Positions 48,740 to 54,022 of a stretch of 54,022 nucleotides of DNA are shown one piece after another. Made by a program: the position numbers and the translations under genes. Under the pieces are notes generated by a model. The model made no database searches. It had not been told where the DNA came from and was given only the letters and a program-made list of their open reading frames with translations. This DNA is from Nitrosopumilus sp. (lineage in GTDB: Archaea > Thermoproteota > Nitrososphaeria > Nitrososphaerales > Nitrosopumilaceae): contig JBHHVV010000001.1 of assembly GCA_046754445.1 (NCBI GenBank), positions 1-54,022 on the forward strand. Direction: 5' to 3'. Each line of letters opens with the position of its first letter. Within the stretch, counting starts at the first letter, position 1.

Positions 48740-49690
48740 ATGAAAGCCACCTATTTTGATGGAAAAAAAATTACATTTGATGAAAATTTTCCAAAACCAA
48801 ATACTGAGGAAGTATTAGTTAAAGTGAACCTAGCAGGAATATGTGGAACTGACTTGGAAATTTTAGATGGCTACATGACCTACCATGGAATTCTTGGACA
48901 CGAGTTTGTTGGAACCGTGGAAAAATCTAAAAATCATGATTTGATAGGAAAGCGTGTTGTAGGTGAGATCAATGTTGGGTGTGGTATATGTGATTCATGT
49001 AAAAATGGAATGGAACGACACTGTCCAAACAGAACTGTACTTGGAATCTTAAAAAGAAATGGGGCATTTGCAGAATTTTTATCATTACCTGCAAAAAATT
49101 TGCACAAAATTCCTGATTCTATTAGTGATGAGCAAGCAGTTTTTGTAGAACCATTAGCTGCTGCATTTGAAATTAAAGAACAAGTCAAAATTAATCCTCA
49201 ATGGAATGTTGCAGTAGTAGGTGATGGTAGACTTGCACAACTGATTTCACAAGTTTTAAAATTGTCTTGTAACAATGTTACATGTTTTGGTAGACACAAA
49301 AATAAATTACAAATTTTAGAGCAATTGAAAATAAAAACGAAAATTGGATTAAAGTCATCTGATGAATTCAATTTTGATCTTGTAGTAGAAGCTACTGGAA
49401 GTAATTCTGGATTTTCTGATACTATGAAATTAGTTAAACCTCGTGGAACAGTGATTTTAAAATCCACTATTGCCTCAAAAGAAAATCTTGATCTAACTCC
49501 TACAGTAGTCAATGAAATAACTCTGATTGGTTCCCGTTGTGGGTTATTCAAACCAGCTATTGATGCACTTGCTACTGGGATGATTCAAGTTGATGAAATG
49601 GTGGATTCAACATTTCCGCTTGAACAATTCCAAGATGCAATTTCTTATGCTAAAGAACCCACTTCTCTGAAGGTTTTTCTCAAACCATGA
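48740..49690 (+). CDS. Zn-dependent medium-chain alcohol dehydrogenase (threonine/sorbitol DH-like)
   Basis: GICGTD, GHEFVG, CGICDSC..HC, EPLAAA, GDGRLA; ATG 48740 is the likely start. Confidence 0.9.
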   Translation: MKATYFDGKKITFDENFPKPNTEEVLVKVNLAGICGTDLEILDGYMTYHGILGHEFVGTVEKSKNHDLIGKRVVGEINVGCGICDSCKNGMERHCPNRTVLGILKRNGAFAEFLSLPAKNLHKIPDSISDEQAVFVEPLAAAFEIKEQVKINPQWNVAVVGDGRLAQLISQVLKLSCNNVTCFGRHKNKLQILEQLKIKTKIGLKSSDEFNFDLVVEATGSNSGFSDTMKLVKPRGTVILKSTIASKENLDLTPTVVNEITLIGSRCGLFKPAIDALATGMIQVDEMVDSTFPLEQFQDAISYAKEPTSLKVFLKP

Positions 49691-49770
49691 ACTCTGAGTG
49701 CAAAATATGACTAATCTGTCTGAGTTTATACTCGTAAAGTAATTTAGTAAGATTTCATTGCCAGAAGCAA

Positions 49771-50319
49771 ATGGAGCCATTTGATTCCTTTCTGGTTTGG
49801 ATTGCAGAGTTTCTAGGAAATCATCTCTATGAAGGGATTTTCCTAGCTGCTTTGCTTGAGACTATAGTGCCGCCTATTCCTACATTGGCAGTATTCCCAA
49901 CTGCTGGATTCTTGGCATCTCAAAAAGGAATTTCATTATTTGGCATTGTTCCAATGATTATACTGGGTGCTATTGGTGCTACCATTGGAACATCAGCAAT
50001 CTACTTGATTGCATTAAAACTAGGTCGAGCTGTTCTTATTCGATATCTAAAATATGTCAAAGTGTCTGAATCAAAATTAGAACGAGTTGAAGTTTGGTTT
50101 GAAAAGTATGGGGATAAAGCAGTATTCTTGGGAAGAATGGTTCCTGTTATGAGAGAAATGATTTCAGTTCCAGCTGGATTATTAAAAATGAGAATTCCAA
50201 AATTTGTTTTATACACTTTTGGCGGATCTTGTATTTGGTCTACTGGAACAATTCTGTCTGGATATTATTTTGGTGAGGTAATTGGACTTGGCACCAACAC
50301 TATTACATCATTACCTTAA
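49771..50319 (+). CDS. DedA family membrane protein
   Basis: ETIVPPIPT, WFEKYG, FLGRMVPVMREMISVPAG. Confidence 0.92.
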   Translation: MEPFDSFLVWIAEFLGNHLYEGIFLAALLETIVPPIPTLAVFPTAGFLASQKGISLFGIVPMIILGAIGATIGTSAIYLIALKLGRAVLIRYLKYVKVSESKLERVEVWFEKYGDKAVFLGRMVPVMREMISVPAGLLKMRIPKFVLYTFGGSCIWSTGTILSGYYFGEVIGLGTNTITSLP

Positions 50320-50344
50320 ATATTGAAAATGGTTTTTGTATCTT

Positions 50345-50418
50345 AACATCCTATTGTTTGGCTGGATGTTTAGCAGGGATTCTTCAATACTCCCCCTAAC
50401 AATTGAAGAATTTCTGTT
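50345..50418 (+). other. Double hairpin between convergent dedA and DUF72 genes (sRNA or terminator candidate)
   Basis: AACATCC/GGATGTT stem, then a ~16-bp stem GCAGGGATTCTTCAAT/ATTGAAGAATTTCTGT with G.U pairs on the + strand and a C-rich loop. Confidence 0.45.
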
Positions 50419-51209
50419 TAAAAATTTCCTAATGTTTTTTGCTTTTTTTCTTCCCACATCAATTCTCTCATTCCCAGTTGCATTCTTAAAGAGTTTGCAG
50501 TAGAAGGCCCAAAACCTTCAAAATGGTTATTTGCCATTATCATTGCAAGTGGAATATCTGAAATTTTTTCCAACTTGTCTGTCCAGATTTTAATTTCTTT
50601 CTTTTTATCTTTTGATACTTTACCGAATTCTGAATCTGGAATAGAACGTTCCCCGATTAATCTGACATAAAGATAGTTTGAAGTGATAGGCATAGGATTG
50701 TTGATTCCTAAAACATCATTCCATACAAGACAATGTTTGTTTTGTTTTAGATATGTTGTTGCTTTATCTGTAAACCATGATTCATGTCTTCCTTCGATTG
50801 GATACAAAAAATCATCTGGTAGAATATCAAACAATTCTTCAAGTCTTGGCTTTGTTTCCTCAAATGAAAGTGATGGTGGTAACTGTAACACTAAGGCTGA
50901 AATCTTTTCATGAATTGGAACTAATGATGACAAAAATGAAAATACTTCTGAATTTACCCTTTCCAGCCTCTTTTCATGTGTTATAATTGAGGGAAACTTT
51001 GCTGTGAATCTAAAATGTTGTGGTGTATCAGCATTCCATTTTCTTACTATTTCCTGAGATGGAATTCTGTAAAATGTTGAATTGACTTCAGTAATTTCAA
51101 AAATCTGAGAGTAATATTTGAGCCATTCAGAACTTTTGAGATTTCTTGGATAAAATGAACCAGACCAACCCTGATAACTCCATCCAGTACAACCAATTTT
51201 GTAATTCAT
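50418..51209 (-). CDS. DUF72 (YecE/YunF) family TIM-barrel protein
   Basis: IGCTGWSY..W...FYP, EVNSTFY, ITHEKRL, LQLPPS, EGRHESW, YVRLIG, NNHFEG. Confidence 0.92.
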   Translation of the reverse strand: MNYKIGCTGWSYQGWSGSFYPRNLKSSEWLKYYSQIFEITEVNSTFYRIPSQEIVRKWNADTPQHFRFTAKFPSIITHEKRLERVNSEVFSFLSSLVPIHEKISALVLQLPPSLSFEETKPRLEELFDILPDDFLYPIEGRHESWFTDKATTYLKQNKHCLVWNDVLGINNPMPITSNYLYVRLIGERSIPDSEFGKVSKDKKKEIKIWTDKLEKISDIPLAMIMANNHFEGFGPSTANSLRMQLGMRELMWEEKKQKTLGNF

Positions 51210-51242
51210 TGATTAGATGAATTTTTCTATTTTAATAAATTT

Positions 51243-51344
51243 GAAAGCTGACTATCGCGGTTCAACCTTTACACAGCCCTGCTGTATGCTCAGACCGGTA
51301 AACAATCACCAGCATTCAGACAATAGGATATTGTGTCAGCTTTC
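51243..51344 (-). ncRNA. Candidate structured non-coding RNA (~102 nt)
   Basis: Perfect 10-bp closing stem GAAAGCTGAC/GTCAGCTTTC, internal helices with G.U pairs on the - strand, 47/102 G+C, TTTTTAT box ~25-30 nt upstream on the - strand. Confidence 0.55.
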
Positions 51345-51413
51345 TGTAATACTATACGTTGTTATGAAATAAAAAGTAGATCCAATTTCTCAGTTTGTGC
51401 CAATTCAATGCGA

Positions 51414-52883
51414 TCAGACTTTTAATTTGATATATCCATTATTTATCATCCATTGAATGCTTTTCAAGTATTCACCATCTGATATCAATCCTTGACTCCA
51501 CCATCCTGCATCTTTTCTTAACCATGATGGTAATTGTTGCTCTGAATCTCCTTTAGGTGTGATTACAGTAGGAATTCTTATGATGTCTTGATTAATCAAA
51601 TACTGTAATCCTGAAGAATAATCTTTATCTGAAATCTGTGTTAGTGACCACCATTTTGCTATTTTTCTAACCCATTCTGGAATTTTTGAAATAACTTCAA
51701 CAAAATGTTTGCCGTCTTCTGTTCTACATTGTCTTGGAAATGATTCCATTACAGGATTTCCAGCGGCTATACATTCCTCAAAATTATTAATTTCATGCAA
51801 TGGAATAATTCTAAGAATTTTGTCATCTCCTGGATTTGGAAATCCTCTTCCATCTTGATTGCTTGTAAGAATGTACAAAAATCCATCAGGTCCTGTTTGA
51901 ACATCTCTTAATCTTCCAAAATCATCTTGGAATAATTTCTCATGTGAAATAACTGAATTATTTTGTAAATCAAAGTCAATCATATGAAGATGACTTCCTC
52001 TAAGTGTTGCAACAAAATATTTTCCAGTCCAATCTGGAATTTTATCTCCATAGTAAAACTCTGAGCCTGAAGGGGCCCATGTATCATCTCCTGAATGTAG
52101 AATTGGATTCTCTAGTCCCTCTAATGTCTCATCACCAATAATGTCTGGCCATCCATAATTTGAGCCTGGAATTATCAAATTAATCTCATCATGTGCTGCT
52201 CCTCTCCATCCAGATGGTCCATGTTCTGTTGTAATCAGATTTCCTAATCTATCCCAATCAATTCCTTGAGGATTTCTATGACCAATTGAATAAATTGGAG
52301 AATTTTCCCATGGATTGTCATCTGGTATTGTTCCGTCAGAATTAATCCGTAAAATTTTTCCACCTAATGAATTAAGATCCTGCGATAATTTTGGGTCTCC
52401 TGCTTCACCTGTTGTAATGTATAGTTTTCCATCTGGACCAAACTGAATTCTTCCACCATCATGGAATGGTCCACCAGGAATTTCATCAAGTAATATTTTA
52501 TCTTCAGTTAATATGTTGTCCACTAACTGATATCTTACAAGTTTGTTTATAGTTGAAAGAAAATTATTGTAAGTGTAATATAGATAGATGTAATTATTTT
52601 CTTCAAAGTTTGGATCAACTGTTACTCCTAACATGCCACCTTCTATTCCACCTACTCCCAGTGTTAGTAACGACTCTTGTAATAGTTCTCCATCTTGAAT
52701 AATTCTCAGATGTCCGTTTCTTTCCGTGAATATTACATCTCCATTTGGTAACCAATCAATACTCCATGGTATAGTTAAATTATCAGCTACAGTTTCTACT
52801 CTTACTCCGAGCTCTGGATACTCTTGAGCCAAAACTGGGGGGATTGTGGAAAATAAAATTATCATAAATATTATTTCTTTCAT
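51414..52883 (-). CDS. Secreted PQQ-dependent sugar dehydrogenase (glucose/sorbosone beta-propeller) with C-terminal Cys motif and two IP.W...WW repeats
   Basis: IPWSI, EGGMLG, HDGGRI.FGPDG.LY, GKILRI, GHRNPQG, DEIN..G.NYGWP, GRLRDV..GPDG. Confidence 0.9.
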   Translation of the reverse strand: MKEIIFMIILFSTIPPVLAQEYPELGVRVETVADNLTIPWSIDWLPNGDVIFTERNGHLRIIQDGELLQESLLTLGVGGIEGGMLGVTVDPNFEENNYIYLYYTYNNFLSTINKLVRYQLVDNILTEDKILLDEIPGGPFHDGGRIQFGPDGKLYITTGEAGDPKLSQDLNSLGGKILRINSDGTIPDDNPWENSPIYSIGHRNPQGIDWDRLGNLITTEHGPSGWRGAAHDEINLIIPGSNYGWPDIIGDETLEGLENPILHSGDDTWAPSGSEFYYGDKIPDWTGKYFVATLRGSHLHMIDFDLQNNSVISHEKLFQDDFGRLRDVQTGPDGFLYILTSNQDGRGFPNPGDDKILRIIPLHEINNFEECIAAGNPVMESFPRQCRTEDGKHFVEVISKIPEWVRKIAKWWSLTQISDKDYSSGLQYLINQDIIRIPTVITPKGDSEQQLPSWLRKDAGWWSQGLISDGEYLKSIQWMINNGYIKLKV

Positions 52884-52940
52884 TATGGATTTAATGTTGT
52901 TTTTACAATTAAGGTTAATGAATTAATTTTATTTTTATAA

Positions 52941-53103
52941 CTAGTTTGGCTGATCTTGGTGTTGATCCTTTTCACATGATTTGCAAATATCATTAATAAT
53001 TGATTCAGCTTTGTCTACATCTTTTTCAAATTCATCTTTCTATTGCATTTTCTTCTTCAAATCTGTGACCAAACTTTTTTACTTCATTTGGATAATCACA
53101 CAT
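52941..53103 (-). pseudogene. Possible decayed small ORF (one frameshift, one internal stop)
   Basis: MCDYPNEVKK / +1 shift / LVTDLKKKMQ*KDEFEKDVDKAESIINDICKSCEKDQHQDQPN*. Confidence 0.35.
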
Positions 53104-53419
53104 ATTGCAACTACACTTTTTTTATGTTGTTTGCTATGATGCATATGATCTAAGATTATTTGAGATTGGAAATTTTACTTTACGAAATAGGAAACGAGGT
53201 ATGCTGGAAAACTACGAATCCTAGATACTTCCATCTTTTTTCGTGTTTTCCTTTTTTCCTATCTGTCTGCCTCCTCAAAGCTCTCCCTTTGAATATTGGC
53301 TGGTATGACAGGCTCCTCGTCAATTACTCTATACAAATATAGAATTTAAGTAATTCTGAATGAATCCTTAATATTAATTTGAAATTATTGTTTAAACTGT
53401 ATAAATATTAACTAAATTA

Positions 53420-53971
53420 TTATTTTGCTTTGTTTTTTGCAATGAGTTTTTTAGCCTTTGCAAATACTGCAGACCACTGATTCCAGGATAATCTGCCTGT
53501 CTGAGTATTTTGTTTTGATGGATGATATGATGTGAGAATTTGGATGCTATTGTATTGAAATAATTTATTGTGACCAAACTTTTCTGGTTTAATTTTGTAT
53601 AATCTACAAGTGGTATCATATGCTATTTTTCCAAGACACAAAACTATGGCGATGTTTTTTAGAATTTTTTTTTCTTGTTCTAAATACACAAAACACGTAT
53701 CCATCTCTTCTCTAGTTGGTTTGTTTTGGGGTGGAGCACATCTAACCGCTGCTGTAATGTATGCATTTTTTAGAATTAATCCATCATCTGTGCTTTGGCT
53801 GGTGGGAATAGATGCAAATCCATGTTTATTCATTACTTTTACCACCCAATCCCCTGATGAGTCACCTGTAAACATTCTGCCTGTCCTGTTTCCACCATGA
53901 GCAGCTGGCGCTAGTCCAACTATGAGTAATTTTGCATTAACATCGCCAAATCCTGAAAGTGGTTTACCCAA
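53420..53971 (-). pseudogene. udgB: Family-5 (UdgB-type) uracil-DNA glycosylase, N-terminally truncated
   Basis: GLAPAAHGGNRTGRMFTGD, RCAPPQNKP, YHPSKQNTQTG; frame closed by TAG three codons upstream of the TTG, so the N-terminal CxxC Fe-S segment is missing. Confidence 0.75.
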
Positions 53972-54022
53972 CTCATCCTAAAACCCTACAATACATCAAA
54001 AATGATGCAATGTTGATTAATG

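Noticed and set aside
51243-51344. TPP riboswitch or hammerhead ribozyme
   Set aside because: CTGAG and GAACC strings are present but not the CUGAGA..ACCC..CCUGAU..UAA..GCG.AGG order; no CUGANGA/GAAA core
53071-53081. A-AAA-AAG slippery heptamer as a programmed -1 frameshift
   Set aside because: The -1 frame stops after a few codons; restoring the ORF needs +1 and a further internal stop remains
53160-53342. 60-aa + strand ORF and a 47-aa minus-strand alternative
   Set aside because: No motif, atypical composition, no expression signals recognised
440-53900. Numerous 60-180 aa ORFs nested antisense or out of frame in recognised genes (e.g. 2141-2536, 19655-20191, 40480-40932, 49198-49551)
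   Set aside because: Fully overlap confidently identified genes and carry no motifs

Overview
AT-rich (roughly one-third GC, estimated by eye) chromosomal segment of an ammonia-oxidising archaeon, most likely Nitrosopumilaceae (Nitrososphaerota/Thaumarchaeota). This assignment rests on the 4-hydroxybutyrate-CoA ligase + 4-hydroxybutyryl-CoA dehydratase pair, the split heme-copper oxidase operon with a di-cupredoxin, F420 enzymes, archaeal ribosomal proteins and a CFI-box-CTERM protein. Most of the window is core genome: the cox operon, ilvE, aspartate kinase, the AmmeMemoRadiSam trio, rpl37e/Sm, purU, glmM, rpl7ae-rps28e-rpl24e-ndk-infB, archease and four tRNAs (Lys-CTT, Val-TAC, Ala-CGC, Leu-TAG). 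Accessory patches include a receiver-domain/histidine-kinase cluster after tRNA-Lys, two secreted modular proteins sharing a nucleotide-identical 150-bp repeat block, and a decaying region with a 5'-truncated family-5 UDG at the right edge. No CRISPR array, rRNA, integrase or transposase was seen. The best second-look signals are: (i) unannotated structured intergenic RNAs at 14592-14682, 51243-51344 and 50345-50418, the last two bracketing a DUF72 gene; (ii) a K-turn over the rpl7ae ribosome-binding site; (iii) the identical repeat cassette in otherwise diverged surface proteins; (iv) His-less DHp/kinase fragments beside four stand-alone receivers; (v) several Cys-rich micro-ORFs below the ORF-track cut-off; (vi) C55 in the T-loops of two tRNAs. 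All calls come from manual reading and motif recognition; no searches or folding programs were run.
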